Assembly (NCBI RefSeq): GCF_009914755.1
Contig: NC_060925.1
Source: the human T2T-CHM13v2.0 reference genome, Homo sapiens
DNA length: 64,000 nucleotides
Strand: one strand, 5' to 3'
Within the stretch, counting starts at the first letter, position 1, and every line of letters starts with the position of its first letter. This document shows positions 26,048 to 39,964 of the stretch, piece by piece. A program made the translations under genes and the position numbers. The notes beneath the pieces were generated by a model. That model worked only from the letters and a program-made list of their open reading frames with translations, did not search any database and had not been told where the DNA came from.

Positions 26048-26348
26048 TTTTTTTTTTTTTTTGAGATGGAATCTCGCTCTGTTGCTCAGGCTGGAATGCA
26101 GTGGCACTATCTCGGCTCTCTGTAACCTCTGCCTCCCGGGTTCAAGCAATTCTCCTGCCTCAGCCTCCTGAGTAGCTGGGATTACAGGCGTGTGCCGCCA
26201 CCACCACGTCTGGCTAATTTTTGTATTTTTAGTAGAGACAAGGTTTCACCATGTTTGTCAGGCTGATCTCCAACTCCTGACCTCGTGATCTACCCGCCTT
26301 GGCCTCTCAAAGTGCTGGGATTACAGGTGTGAGGCACCATGCCCAGCC
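26048..26348 (-). mobile_element. AluS (Sg-like)
   Basis: Reverse dimer with cctgacctcgtgatc. TSD catagtttattcct / catactttattcct. Confidence 0.93.
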
Positions 26349-26749
26349 CATACTTTATTCCTATATGTATTTGTTTTCCTTCCCACAAGGATTATTTCTT
26401 TACTTGAAGCGCCCTAGATTTTTCATAAATGAAAAACACACTCTGGATGTACTTATTTATATCTAATTTTCTAAAACTGAAATGTTCATAGTGGCTCAGG
26501 GGAAGGGTAACACAAGAGTTAATTCTGAAATTCAGTTCTATTTATCTTATTTGTCAAAGCCAGCTTTTACTCCTGTGAACATGTATCTCCTAATTCCAGG
26601 AACAATTGTGGATACTGATGATGTAAATACAGTTTTTCTTAATCTTTTAAAATTCACACTCATTTCTGATAACCTTATGTTCCCTAATCAGATTCTGATA
26701 TACCCATCCTTAGGTGTCTTAGCAAACTGTGATATGTATTTTCAGTCTC

Positions 26750-27760
26750 CTTTGCTGAATTCTCTCCTCTTCCTCAAATCTGATGACTCTCAAATCTCTA
26801 TCTCCAGTCTCAGCTTGCTCTTTGAACGTCAGACTTACTTGTCTGACTGATTTCTTAACATCTCCCCTAGGATGCTTAGTAAGGCATCACAAACAATTGT
26901 GCCTTGGCCACAATCATCTCCCACACTGCTCTCCCTTCTTGGGGCTCCCAGGGGACATCAATGGTACCAGTAGGACTCCATCATTCATGCCCTTGTTCAA
27001 GTCAAAATCTTCATTCATTTTTGGCTCCTTTCTCACCAACTGCATATCCCATCAATCAGCAAATCCTGTCAGCCCTACCTTCAAAATACCTCCAGAATCC
27101 AATCATGCGTTGGCATCTCCTCTGCTCCCATCTGGGCAAACTAGCAGCATCTCTCGCCTGGATGACTTAAAGAGTTCCCTCTGCTGATCTGGGCTTCACA
27201 CTTGCTTCCCTCCTCAACCCCCCATCTAGTTTCCATCAGTCATTATTCCCTAGCTCAAAACTCTCCAACAGATTCTCAGCATACTTAACACACTTACTCA
27301 CGTCCACTCCTTGGCCCATCAGCAGCTATGAGAACTGGCCTTGGCTCACTCTATCCAGCCACACTAACCCCTCTTCTCCTTAAATCTGCCAAGCAATGCT
27401 CTGTCTTGGGGCCTTGACACAGGTTCTTCCTTCTGCTTAAACTTCTCACAGACACTGCAGGCCTGCACATCTCACTGCCTCACTTCTTTCAGGTCTCTGG
27501 GTCAAGCGTTATCTCCTCAGAAAGGCCCTACTCTCTCTTCCCAGACTCTGCTTTGCTTTTCTTCTTGGTACGTACCCCTTCCCCCTTCCTGGCACTCTAT
27601 TTTCTATCTATTGAATTATTCCCTCTCCTTCACTGGAATGTCAATGTCGTAAGAAAAGGATGTTGTTTGTTTACCGTTGCACTCCCAGTGCCTGAGGCAA
27701 TGCCTGACACAGGCTAGGCATTCAAGAAAAAATACACATTTTTTGGTTACTGAATGAATG
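26750..27760 (+). mobile_element. L2 LINE 3' portion
   Basis: ctgatgactctcaaatctctatctccag...catcaatcagcaaatcctgtcagccctaccttcaaaatac...ends tgaatgaatg. Confidence 0.85.
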
Positions 27761-29649
27761 CATATTCTCAACTGGCCAGAAGTATTTTATTGAACTTGAT
27801 TTTTCTGATGTTCGTATTATAAAAATAAACATTTCCTCTTTCCCCAAGTGAATCATAAGATAAAGCATGATTTTTAAACTACGTATGCCTTACCCCCTAG
27901 ATTCTGGTATCTGCCCATTGGGGTGTTTTGATATATAAAACCTCATGGCTACATTCTGAATTTTTACTAAGCATCTGGCATGTTCTGTAGTCTTTTGCCT
28001 CTAACTAAAGCCTCAAGGCTTTATTACCTTTAAAAAATGCTTGCAGAATTAAGCTAATAAAGACATTGTCTGCCTTATTTGTGGTAGTGGCAGTTTTTCT
28101 CCCCTCCAGTTGTATCTGAATAAGGCTGGCTCAGATTTCAATGCCAAGTAGTTTGCCACACAACTTTTGTTGTATGGTTCCATGCAGTTTGGGCCTAGCA
28201 GCCACAGAAAACACTGTGGAATATTAAGACAACTCCTTGGAAGAGACTAGAAGGGAGTTCAGGCCCCTTCTGCCAGGAGTCTCCAATATATTTGGGTTTT
28301 CTGGCTGCCTGGCCAGTATTGGTGCTTTTCAGAAGAGCAGTGTTTCCTTCATGAATGAAACCCATTTATCATGACACACTCAGTGGACAGAGTTAGCTCC
28401 CAGGGGACAGTCGTTCTCCCAGCCTCTGACATTTTCCCAGTGTGACAGTGAATACCACCCCACAGAGACCAATGTCACTCTGTGAATTCCACCTTGGACT
28501 CTTAGCAAACCTCAGCTTCAGAGAGTTCAGTCAACTGGAAATTGTCTCCTGTGTCTTTTCTCCTTTTCTTAAAGCATAATCTTTCTGGATCTTTTATATA
28601 TAAGACTTTGGAATCATTGTGTAAAAATAGGATATTCTTAATCCTGACTCATTTGAGAAATAAGTCAGACTCAGCTTAGTTCAAAGATCTGGTCAAATTC
28701 TAACATTAGTGATAACATAAATAGAAAACACAGATGGGTATCAGTTCTGCCCTTTTACCTCTTTAATAAATAAAATGCAATAAATCATCTGCAAGTCTTG
28801 GTGAACTTTGATTTCCATGTATTTCTTTAAAGCTTAAAAATTTTGATCTTTGTGATGTGAAATCCTATTCAATTGTTTGGGAATTTAACTTGTTAGGTGG
28901 TTTGTCCAAAAGAAGAAAACGGTAGATATCAAATACTAAGTATTTGGTCATTCAAGTCAAGCACTTTGATTTTTTTTTTTTTTAAACTACAAATCTGGCC
29001 TCCTAGAATGTTGTGCTTGTGCAGTTTAACTCTGGACTTAATTCCACTGCAGTCTGCATCCCTCTCGGGCTGTGCAAGTGGCTTTCTTCCGCTGTTCTCT
29101 GAATAATGAACTTGGGAAGAGCCAACATAAACCCCACACTGGTGACATTCTGAACGACCCCCAAATTCCTGCACTCTTTTGCAAAGCTTCACTGCCAGCC
29201 CTCCTCCCTGTCCCCTCCTTCCTCAAACACTGTTTCACATGTTTTTCTCTTCACTCACTTTGTTGGGGAAGTATTTTGTTAACAGTTCTTTGACCAGTTT
29301 CAGCACACAGTTTCTGGCATTAGTCACTGTTGCAGCTTTTTAGAGGCCCACCACTTGACTCCAGAAAATATTTCTCTTTTGAATTCGTTTACTCTTTTCT
29401 TTTGCCATCCAAAACGGAGGAGGGGGGATAAACTCTCATAGAGAGACATAACAGGCACAAAAACCTTTCTCCTCAGCATAAACAGAATCTTAAGGCACCA
29501 AATGGGGGCTCGCAAATCCTGAATCCCTTAACCCAGATAATAAAGTCTTACAAGTAAACCATATCCACTAAACTTTAATGTCTGCTTTTGCTTCCCGCTT
29601 ATTACTTTTGTGAAAATGTGGCCAACCTAAGGTTGTCCATCCACCAGAG

Positions 29650-30100
29650 AGTCCTCAACATCTCCTTGCTAGCAGAACCTGGGCTTGTTGGAATAGAGAC
29701 CCTGTGAGCTCAGGAGAGATGGGAGCTGTAGTTTAAGGGTGGGTCTTTGCCCTGCTCACTCCAATGAGGCCTGAGGGGAGATGACAGGAGAATGCTGGGG
29801 AAGGATTCTGCTTCCTCACAAAAGCCAGGGGTAGTGTGATCCATGCCTCCTTGATTCCCAACTTTGAAACTGGTCATGAGGCACAGAACTGTGACGGCCA
29901 CTTGCTGACCACGAGAAAGCATGTCTCAATTTAAAAAACTTAATACAATAAAGACGGTGGATCACAGAGATGAAAAGAGCATAGGTCTTTCATGGCAAAC
30001 AGCAGAAGCAGCTGCCTCCTCTAAGCTTTATGAAGATGTGGAGAAACAACTCCCTACTTGTTAGGGCCAAATTAGTTCAGCTTTTCTGTTACTTATAGTC
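29650..30100 (+). mobile_element. Ancient ERVL/MaLR-type solo LTR (LTR33/LTR16/MLT1-like)
   Basis: ccaatgaggcctgagggga...gaactgtgacggccacttgctgacc...ttttctgttacttatag. Confidence 0.5.
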
Positions 30101-30284
30101 TTGATATATATAAGATGACAAAAGAAAGGCTTAAGGCTTCTTAATTTGGTCTCCTCTAACGTAGAATTGAGAAAATTTTTGTTTAGCAAACTTCAAGCTT
30201 ATAGGGCAAGTATGACTTGCTCCAGCTATATTTATATCATTTAGCACAGAGGCCCTTCGGCTTTCTCAATCCAGAGTGGTCGCT

Positions 30285-30345
30285 CCATCCATCTATCCAA
30301 CCAACCAACCATCCAACCATCCACCCACCTACCTGCCAACCCATT
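30285..30345. repeat. (CCAT/CCAA)n tetranucleotide repeat
   Basis: ccatccatctatccaaccaaccaaccatccaaccatccacccacc. Confidence 0.8.
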
Positions 30346-30364
30346 TTTTCTTTTTTTCTAACAA

Positions 30365-30570
30365 CAACCAACTGCTGAGGCAGGCATTTCACTAAGCACT
30401 GTGGATACACACAACCCAAAGTACAGAAAATACGATACCCATTTTAGAGATAAGGACACAGGGGTACAGGGTTTCAATGTTTTTCCTAGAACCTAGTCTA
30501 CAAGTGTAGAGTTAGGATTCAAATCTAGGATGTGTGAATTCAAAGGCCTTGCGCTTTTTACTATCCCATG
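30365..30570 (-). mobile_element. MIR SINE
   Basis: cccattttagagataaggacacag...ttaggattcaaatctagg. Confidence 0.6.
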
Positions 30571-32180
30571 CAGCTTCAAACAGTAATCTCTTTGTTGGCC
30601 TGATTTGGAAACAACAAAAACTGCACTGCTTTTTAATATCCTGCAATTTTGACCGTTCCCAACCCTGCCATCCGCAGTTAGTTACACTGCACCTTTTCTT
30701 GACATTTGATGTACCCAGACCAAAGGTCCACTTTCCACCTAGAAGTCTGACGGACACCATGCCTGCAAGATGGCAGCCCACCATGATGATCTCTTTTTCA
30801 ACCGCACGCACCTTGCCTCTGCAGGCTGCTGTCTGAACTGCGAGTCAGAGACCTTTTCTATCTTGCTTACCTGTGTTGAGTACACTCTGTGGCACTCACT
30901 AGGTCGTCCATACATATCTGCTGATTAAATGTATGAGAAAAAATAAGCCAAAGAATAAGATGCTGTCTCAGGAAATCCTGAATGCCAGTTCTCAGGACTC
31001 TTAATTTAATGAGTTGGTATCACTTCAAAAACCTTGGCAGAGAGTCCCATTCCAGAAGGTGTTTAATAAGCTGCTGACTAAGCTCTCTGGATACAAGGTT
31101 TATAGCAAATATGTTCTCATCTGTGAAACGCTGGAAACAACCCAAATATCCAGTATTTGGATGAAAAGTTGAACCAATGGCCACTTATCAGCACAGGAGT
31201 TTCCTTTATTGCCATTACAAGAAAAAGGATGTGGAGTGTGAGGACACAGGAAAAGGGCAACATGAACCAAGGTCAGATGCAAAGGCAGGCAGACCAACAG
31301 AGAATAAATACACTAACTCCAGCTATGCAAAAATATGCACATGGAAACTAAATGGTATGAGAATGTGAAGCTGAACTCACAAGAATACTTTCTCCTACGG
31401 GTACAATTAAAATTCAGAATTTAATAATTGAAAACTGGCTCTTCTGTTTAATCTCCATACCCTTCTTATGATCGATGTTATTGAATTCTTATGAAATGCA
31501 GGCTCACAATTTAACATGTGACCGATTTAGAAAACCATGCCTTCTATGTGCCTATGATGAAAATAAATGCCCTACTGACAAAAGACATCCATTTATTTGG
31601 CAGGCTAAACATATCTATTTATTTGGATTCATTTATTTGTCAGGCTAAACATATACTACATTATCCCCAGTGTCTGAATGCTGTGTATGTGAAAAGCCCG
31701 ACACACATACTCTTTTCACATTGCACATTCAGATAACCCAGTCTTTCCTTTTCAAGGACAACCATTCCCTGCTGAGACTGGCACACTCAGGATGCTTTCT
31801 GCTTGAGGCCTGCATTTCCATACCTTTCTTTTAGCTAACTCTGGTTCGTTAAAGAATTCCTGAACTTGAGTGTACCTTTCTCAAATAATAACAACGAGTA
31901 CGACTATTTTACTACATACTAGGTATGTCTGTAAGCACTTTCCTATGAGCTCATGTCAATCATGTTTTCCAGTATGACCTCAATACAGAGTGTATGACAG
32001 ATAGTAGGCACTCAATAAATACGTATTTACTAGTTGGGTTATGCTTTAGTTCATGTAACTCTCATGTCCACATTATAAAAGAAGTATTATAATTATCAGT
32101 GTTTCATAGGTGGGGTGCAGATAGGTAAAGTCAATTACTTAATGGCCAATATTTTGCTAAGGTCAATAGAAATGGGGTAG

Positions 32181-32588
32181 TGTTGTTTATTTTGTGTTGC
32201 TATAAAGTAATACTTGAGGCTGGATAATTTAGATAAAAAAAGAGGTTTATTGGGCTCACAGTTCTGCAGACTGTATAAGAAGCATAGTGCTGGCATCTGC
32301 TTCTGGTTAGGGCCTCAGGAGGCTTCCACTCATGGTGAAAGGCAAAGGGGGAACAGGTGTGTCACTTGGTGAGCCAGACAGCAAGAGAGATGTCAGGTTC
32401 TTTTAAACAATCAGCTCTTGCGTGAACTAATAAAGTGAGAACTCACTCATTACCATGCGGAGGGCACCAAGTTATTTATGAGGGATCTGCTGCCATGACC
32501 CAAATATCTCCCTCTAGGCCCCACCTCCAACATTGGGGATCACATTTTAACATGAGATTTGGAGGGGACAAACATCCAAACTAAATCA
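32181..32588 (-). mobile_element. MSTB-like MaLR solo LTR
   Basis: gaggtttattgggctcacagttctgcag...ccccacctccaacattggggatcaca...gagatttggaggggacaaacatccaaactaaatca. 5-bp TSD ggtag/gttag. Confidence 0.9.
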
Positions 32589-33545
32589 GTTAGTCAGCTT
32601 CCTACCTCAGCTAACCACATTTCAATCCCTGGCTCATTCTCAATGGGATTATACCGTCATGAGTTAAAAATTAAGTGATAAAACACAGACAATCATGCTC
32701 ATCAGAATAAGTTCCAAAATTATTTTTCTACTCATACCTAACTTGTCCTGCCATTAAGATACAGGTTCTTGAAAGGCAGAGACCCCCTGCCCTTTGTATG
32801 TCAATGGAAGGTGGAAATACTCTCCCAAAATGCTTCACCAAGTACCACACAAGACCATTCAGAAGCAAGAAGTCCCATGGCTTGTTGAACACTGAGATTC
32901 AAAGTCAGGCAGCACAAAACCATAAATTAAATCACCTGTGAAAGCCAAACAACTCAAGTATGAACTACACAAAAATAAAATGTAACCCTCCACACTCACT
33001 CCATAGAAGACAACTAGCAGTGTGCAGCTTAGGGAAAACAGTCCCTTGCTGTGATAGTTCTGACTTTTGAAAAATCCCAACTTATTTCACTCAAATGATT
33101 CCCAGTTAAACTCTCTACACTTTGCCAGAAGAGGTTCTGACCTAGAAAATAGGATGGGAAATGGAAAAAATAACCATCAGTCCAATTCCAGTCAACCAGG
33201 GCACGACATACCCATATCATGGCGGGCACATAGCATTTAACGAGAGAACCATCCCCTCGGAGCCAAGATCTTCCTCAGGTGACTGCACCGGCCAGGCTTA
33301 TCAATTTCTACTGTAAACAGGGCTGAGGTGACACGCGTCTCCACTGGCACCACTGGATGACCACGGTGGTCTTGAAACCAGCCTCTTTGGCTCAAATGCC
33401 CTTTCCTCAGATCCATCCTACTAATTAAACTAGCCCACCCTTGCCCAAACTCCATTTTTGCTCCCATGTTCAAGAACTTATAGGAGGTTCCTTTCACTTT
33501 CTGCCTCAGTCTGCCCTCTCCTGTTTGCTTTCCAATGCCCTACAC

Positions 33546-33881
33546 CAAGGGTCCCCAACTCCCAGGCATGGACTGGTCTGTTTGTGGCCTGTTAGGAACT
33601 GGGCTGCACAGCATGAGGTGAGCGGCAGGAAGCGAGCAGTACCACCTGAACTCTGCTTCCTGTGGACTCAGCGGCAGCATCAATTTCTTAGGAAGCACGA
33701 ACCCTATGGTGAACTGCGCATGCGCAGAATCTAGGTTGTACACTCCTTATGAGAATCTAACTTAACTCCTGATGATCTGAGGTGGAACAGTTTCATCCCC
33801 AACCCCTCTGTGACCACTGGCCATGGAAAAACCGTCTTCCACGAAACTGGTCCCTGGTGCCAAAAAGGTTGGGGACCACTG
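33546..33881 (+). mobile_element. MER1B (hAT-Charlie)
   Basis: TIRs caagggtccccaac / gttggggaccactg; gtggcctgttaggaac...ccttatgagaatcta...gatgatctgaggtggaacagtttcatc. Confidence 0.9.
33714..33727. promoter_or_regulatory. NRF1-type palindrome inside MER1B
   Basis: CTGCGCATGCGCAG is a perfect palindrome containing TGCGCATGCGCA. Confidence 0.35.
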
Positions 33882-34668
<787 letters not shown>

Positions 34669-35030
34669 TAGTTAGGAACGTGGCTACCCATTTTTACCAA
34701 ATAGTCTGAGTCTGCTTCCCTTAGCAGAAACTGGGCCTTTTAAGAAGGGGCTATAAGGCATGGCAGACACGTTTATTTGTCTCTCCAGGGAACTGCTCTT
34801 CTTCACATCTTTACTGTACTTAGGATAATAAATCCCCAGGCTTGGCCATAAACAGCAGAGCATTGTATAGTATTCTACAATCATTTCATGTTTATTTGTC
34901 CTGACTTTGTATCTAGTTAGGTAGTGCCAATGAACCCAGACCACAGTGACGTTCATGGATAAACTTTGCTAGAGGACTTAGTTTTCATGTGTATACCAGC
35001 AACTAGAACTGTTTACAGATAGTTCTATTA

Positions 35031-36336
35031 TAGTACTTCTCAAACTTTTTGGTCTCAGGACCCTAAAAAATTGATAATCCCAAAAAGCTTTCAATTACTA
35101 GCTTAATCTGATATATACTGTTAGAAATTGAAACTGAGAAATTAAAAAATACTTATTAATCCATTAAAATATAATAGTAATAAATTCATTAGATCTTGGC
35201 AAAAACATTTATAAAAACAATGTTTTCCAAAACAGAAGAAATTTTAGTGAAAATTGTTTTACAGTTTTGTAAATCTCTTTAATTTCAATTCTCTTTGCAC
35301 ACCTTTTTAATAGGAGACAGCTGGTTTTTTTTGGTTTCTGCTTCTAAATCCAATTTTTGTGACATGTTTTTGTAGTTTTAGTGTATGAAGAGTCTGGCCT
35401 CACACAGATACAGATGAAAAGTCTTTTAAGGTATGTGTGGATATTCTTCTTTGAAACTAAACCAAAACTTGATAAGTAGTGGCTTCTTACAGGCTGGCTG
35501 AAATCCTTTCAATGAACTTCCCGTATTCTGCTATATTAAAATTGATTAGTCTCTCTTGCATTGGAACAGAACTTTAACCCATGCAGAGTTTTTAACATCA
35601 CACATTGTTCACTGAAAAATATTGGTTCACTGAATTATACAGGTTTTCCAAATGTTGACACATTACATTATACAATATTGAAAATGTACTCATTAACGTC
35701 ATCCCTGATCTCATCAGCAAAGTCGAAATATGGGGAAGTGGTCAAGCTCATGGTGGCAGATACAAGTATTCCAAAATTCCAAGTTTGGCTTGAATTTTTA
35801 TTATTTTAGCAATAAATATAATCATTTTTCTTGAAGTGACAGACTATTCTTTTTTGAGAAAATGTCTGCCAAATATCCAAGTCTGAATAATCAGAGCTTG
35901 TCAGACATTCTTTCAAGCAAAAGCAGTGTCAGGTGAAAAGATGGCAGGTTCAACTTGCAATTGAAATAATCACACAAGCATTTTTCCTTGAGACATACTT
36001 TATTACCAGCAGAAGAGCTTTAGTTTCCTTATTATGTCACAGAGAATTTTTTAAATGTGCTCTCAAAATTATGAGACTTAATTTTTACTGCTTCAAGGAC
36101 ATTCTTAAGTGAAAATGGCATTTTGGTTTTTTTGAGTGTGTGATGATAAGGGATATTACTACTGCCTTGTTTAATTAGCAGTTTTATCCACCTCTGTTTT
36201 TGTAACATCATTCCAAATGTCAACACAATGAAAACGTCAAATAATATCTTAATATGATTTTAAACTTGACCTTGTGAACTCCTTGAAAGGATCATGGAGA
36301 CCCCTAGGGTCTATGTACCACACACTGAAAACAGTT
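35031..36336 (-). mobile_element. Charlie1a-like hAT DNA transposon
   Basis: ttctcaaactttttggtctcaggaccc at one end; gaccttgtgaactccttgaaagg...gacccctagggtc...accacac at the other. Confidence 0.85.
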
Positions 36337-36579
36337 TTAAAAAGTGTTTAATAAATGTTCTTGAATATCTCAATAAACAAATGTAACTTCATATTATGGA
36401 GGGAGGTTCTGGAAAGGTCTAGGAGACCTTTTCGTTTGAGCCACCAAGACTACACTGGATGTTTAAAGGTAAAGGAGGTTAGGAGGAGCACAAGACAAAG
36501 CAAAGAACCAGAAATGGGCAGGAAACTTTCCTAGAGCAGAACAGAGAAGCACAACCTCAGTTGAGTAGCGTCTTCCATA

Positions 36580-36890
36580 CAGCCAGGTGTACTATGTGCA
36601 AATTACCTGTCGCTTCCTCAAAACGGTCCCAGAAGATGGGTCTTATCATCCTCACCTATGCATCCCTGCCAAGGAAGGCAGGGATCATGCCCATTTTCTT
36701 CACTCATGAATATGTGGAACTCTCACACAGTGGTCAGCACATGGAAAGCACACAATAAATATTCACTGAATGAATATATGAATGAGGCTCAGAGAAATGA
36801 ATTATCTGTTCAAGGTCACATAGCTAGGAAGTGGTGGCCACAGGATTGAACCCAGGTCTTTGGGCACCAAATCCCATGCGCTTCCCTACA
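36580..36890 (-). mobile_element. MIR SINE with embedded L2 3'-end fragment
   Basis: gaggctcagaga...caaggtcacatagctaggaagtgg...ttgaacccagg; L2 end caataaatattcactgaatgaat at ~36752-36775. Confidence 0.6.
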
Positions 36891-37129
36891 TGCTGATTTC
36901 TTCAAAGTGATAGAAACTCAGGCCATACAGTGGGAGGCTTGGATGTTGGTGCAGTTAGTCTATGAACCAAGAAGTTTTTATAAAGACGGTAACATGAGTA
37001 CATTCGTGCTGTCGAAAGATTATACCCAGCGATACCTGGGATGGCTTGGAGTGGAGAACAAAAGGAAGAGGAGAGAGCAATTTGTGTCCTATTTCAGCAT
37101 TCTCAGTGAAAAAGCCTAATTTGGTGGGG

Positions 37130-37330
37130 AGTGTCAGACCTCACAGGTTTCCCCAAATTCTCGCTTAACGGTGTGAATTTGGAGAAATTACCTTTCCTGT
37201 ATGATTATTACGTTCCGTATCTGCAGAATGGGATGATAATAATCTATAATTTCATAGAGTTGCTGTGAGGTTTAAATGAAAAAATGTATACAAGACAACC
37301 AGCATCGTTCTTCGCTCAATAAATTTTGCC
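37130..37330 (+). mobile_element. MIR SINE
   Basis: tctgcagaatgggatgataataat...tcatagagttgctgtgaggtttaaatga...gctcaataaa. Confidence 0.7.
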
Positions 37331-37337
37331 TATAAAA

Positions 37338-37450
37338 AAGTGGAAGAAAAGGGAGGAAGGAAGGGAAGGGGAAGGAAAAAAGAAGGAAGGGGGGTGAGGA
37401 AGAAAAAGGAGGGAGGTACAGAGGAGGAAATATGGCTGAGGGAAGGAAAT
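37338..37450. repeat. GA-rich purine low-complexity tract
   Basis: ggaagaaaagggaggaaggaagggaaggggaagg... Confidence 0.8.
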
Positions 37451-38666
37451 ATCTGTGGAATGCCTGGGTGAACCTGGGCAGTGCCAGAGGGAGAGCAAAT
37501 CTATAAGCCCTGCTTGTGGTTTCTTGACCAGAGAATGAGAAAAAGGCATTAGATCATTTCATGATTTCAAGCCTGGGTGACCAGAGGAATGAACTCATAT
37601 GAAGGGGCCAAGGAGGCTGGTACTGTAGCTACCAAAGGGCAAAGACCTGGAGGTTCTCTAAAGGGAAGGAATGGATGAAGGAAGAAGGGCACAGGGTGAA
37701 AGATCAATATTGTTTGCAGGACATGTGATATTGTAAATTAGGGCAAATGGAAAAATGAGAGAAAACAGGATCTGAGAGACAAAAAGGACGCACCTACTTA
37801 AAACCATTTAATTGGTTCCAAACCCTTGTCGGCCAGGCACATATTGGCTCTACAGCCCCATCTCCAGCCAGCCACTCCTGCTGCTCTGCCATGAGATTTC
37901 ATGCTTTCAGGCTCCAGACTTCTGCATGCTCTGCTCTCACTGCCTCTTTCCCAGAAGCAAAGTTTCTCAAAAAGTGGCACTTGTTATTTTTAAGGTCATA
38001 TATTAAGATTATGGGAAAACAAAACAAAAAATCATTAGGGAGAGCATCATTTAAGGCCCGGGCTCTCTCACCATCCCGAGGCAATAGTGTCCCAGGCTAC
38101 CTCTCTTTGCCCTGCTGCTGCATCCTCTATGCCCCAGCACACACACACTACCCTCTGCCCCTGTCTAGACAGCCTCAGTTCATTCCTTTCTCAGGGCTCC
38201 CACTGGACTTTACTCCTGCCCACCACTCCCTGGTTGGTTTCCTGCTATAGCAAAGCTGGGTGTCTCTCTCTCTCCCTACACATGACCCTTGTCCTGGACA
38301 TCTCTGCACACAGCAGACGCTCAGTCCCTGTTGTATGGTTGATGAAGCCAGGAAAGCAGACATGAAGCTATAACAGAAGCAGCAGCAAGAGGAGCTAAGA
38401 GGTGTTAAGAGAGACCAAGAATGATGAAGTCCAGAAAAAGCTAGTGCATTTCGCAAAGAAAACACTGGTGGGGGTCTAACGTGGGCATTCTCCTTGGAGG
38501 GACATTGCCCCCACTAGGGAGTAGAAGCTGGTTCTCAGGGGATACAAGTAAAACATTTCTTAGATTACATTGGTCTATGGCCCTCCAAAGCTCAATCCTA
38601 CATCCCCAAAATTTTATTCCTTGATATTTATCCCATTAGGGAGAAAATTTTAATTTAAAGTTAGTT

Positions 38667-38801
38667 GGTTGGGCACAGTGGCTCATGCCTATAATCCCAG
38701 CACTTTGGAAGCCTGAGACAGGAGGATTGCTTGAGGCTGGGAGTTCAAGACCAGCCTAGACAACATAGTGAGACCTCATCTCTATAAATTAAAAAAAAAA
38801 A
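38667..38801 (+). mobile_element. FLAM_C-like Alu monomer
   Basis: Left-arm monomer with A tail; flanks aagttagtt / aagttaatt. Confidence 0.85.
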
Positions 38802-39014
38802 TTTTTTTAAGTTAATTTATCTTAATGTTTCTCCTTATATGGTGACAATGAAAAAAAGGTTGAGAAGCACTGATCTGGAGGAAGGTGATTCGGTAAAAGG
38901 AGTGAGAGAACAGCAGCCTGGAAGGACTGACTGCAGAAGCAAATCACGAGGAAACAGTGGTGACAATGACTTTTCTCCCTTTCTTCATGGGTGAGCCTCC
39001 TGTGCCATATCTAT

Positions 39015-39200
39015 AATGAGTGTGTACAACATATCAGGCCCTGTGTTAAGTGCTTTGCGAGCATTATTTTACTTTTATCTTCACAACAACCTTACGAAGT
39101 TATGTTCCCTTTTTAGAGATGCTTAGAAAATGTAGATAGCATATCCAATGTCCCATAACTAGTCAGTGGTAAATGATGCAAGATGAATACTTAGCACAAG
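39015..39200 (-). mobile_element. MIR SINE
   Basis: caggccctgtgttaagtgcttt...tcttcacaacaacc. Confidence 0.6.
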
Positions 39201-39964
39201 TCTGACACAGGGTAAGGGTTTAATTATCATAACCATGAGCAGAGGAGGCAGGCCTGAACACATCTGTTAGAGGAGGGAATGATGTTTCTGCTACACAGCA
39301 AGTGTACCAACAAAACAAAACAAAACAAAACAAGCCCACGTTATTTGAATGAAACAGCAGTGAAGCAAAAAACACGCAACTGGAGAGGAGATGATGGTGG
39401 GTAAGGAATCTAGACAACAGGATGGATGGAGTCCAGGCAGAACGGCTGGCTTTGGCAAACAAGAGAGAAAGAAGAGGGATAGGCAGAAGCTGAGAAAGCA
39501 GGTTAAAGGTTGTGGTCAAGAGATGAGGGCAGGGCCTCAGTAGAGAGCAGGAGGGAAGAAATCCTGTTCCCACTGGGGCCCTGCAGCTGAGGTCACATGG
39601 CATGAATTCCTGGTGGAATTAAGCAACATGATACTATTACTTTCTCCAGTAACCTCTTCAAATAAAAATCAGTTAATTAATATTATGCCTTCTTACTTCC
39701 CACTGACCCTAGACTTAGAAAAGGCAACCAAAGTGCTTTAGTGAAATAATTCCCCATCTTTTCTAGTTATGAAGACAACTTCGTGCCATTAGAAACAAAA
39801 ACCAAAAACTTTCCAAGCACTCAGCTGGAGAAGCTGTACTTTCAGCGTGCACTGAGAAAATGCTAGGTGCACATTAACTCTGTCCAGTTGAGACAACTGA
39901 TATGACTCCATAGTGTCTTTATCATAAAAATGCATTTGAAAAATAAACATTTAGCCAGTTGGGC

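Noticed and set aside
37338-37450. G-quadruplex or triplex function for the purine tract
   Set aside because: Irregular GA-rich low-complexity sequence at a MIR tail; common and without further support.
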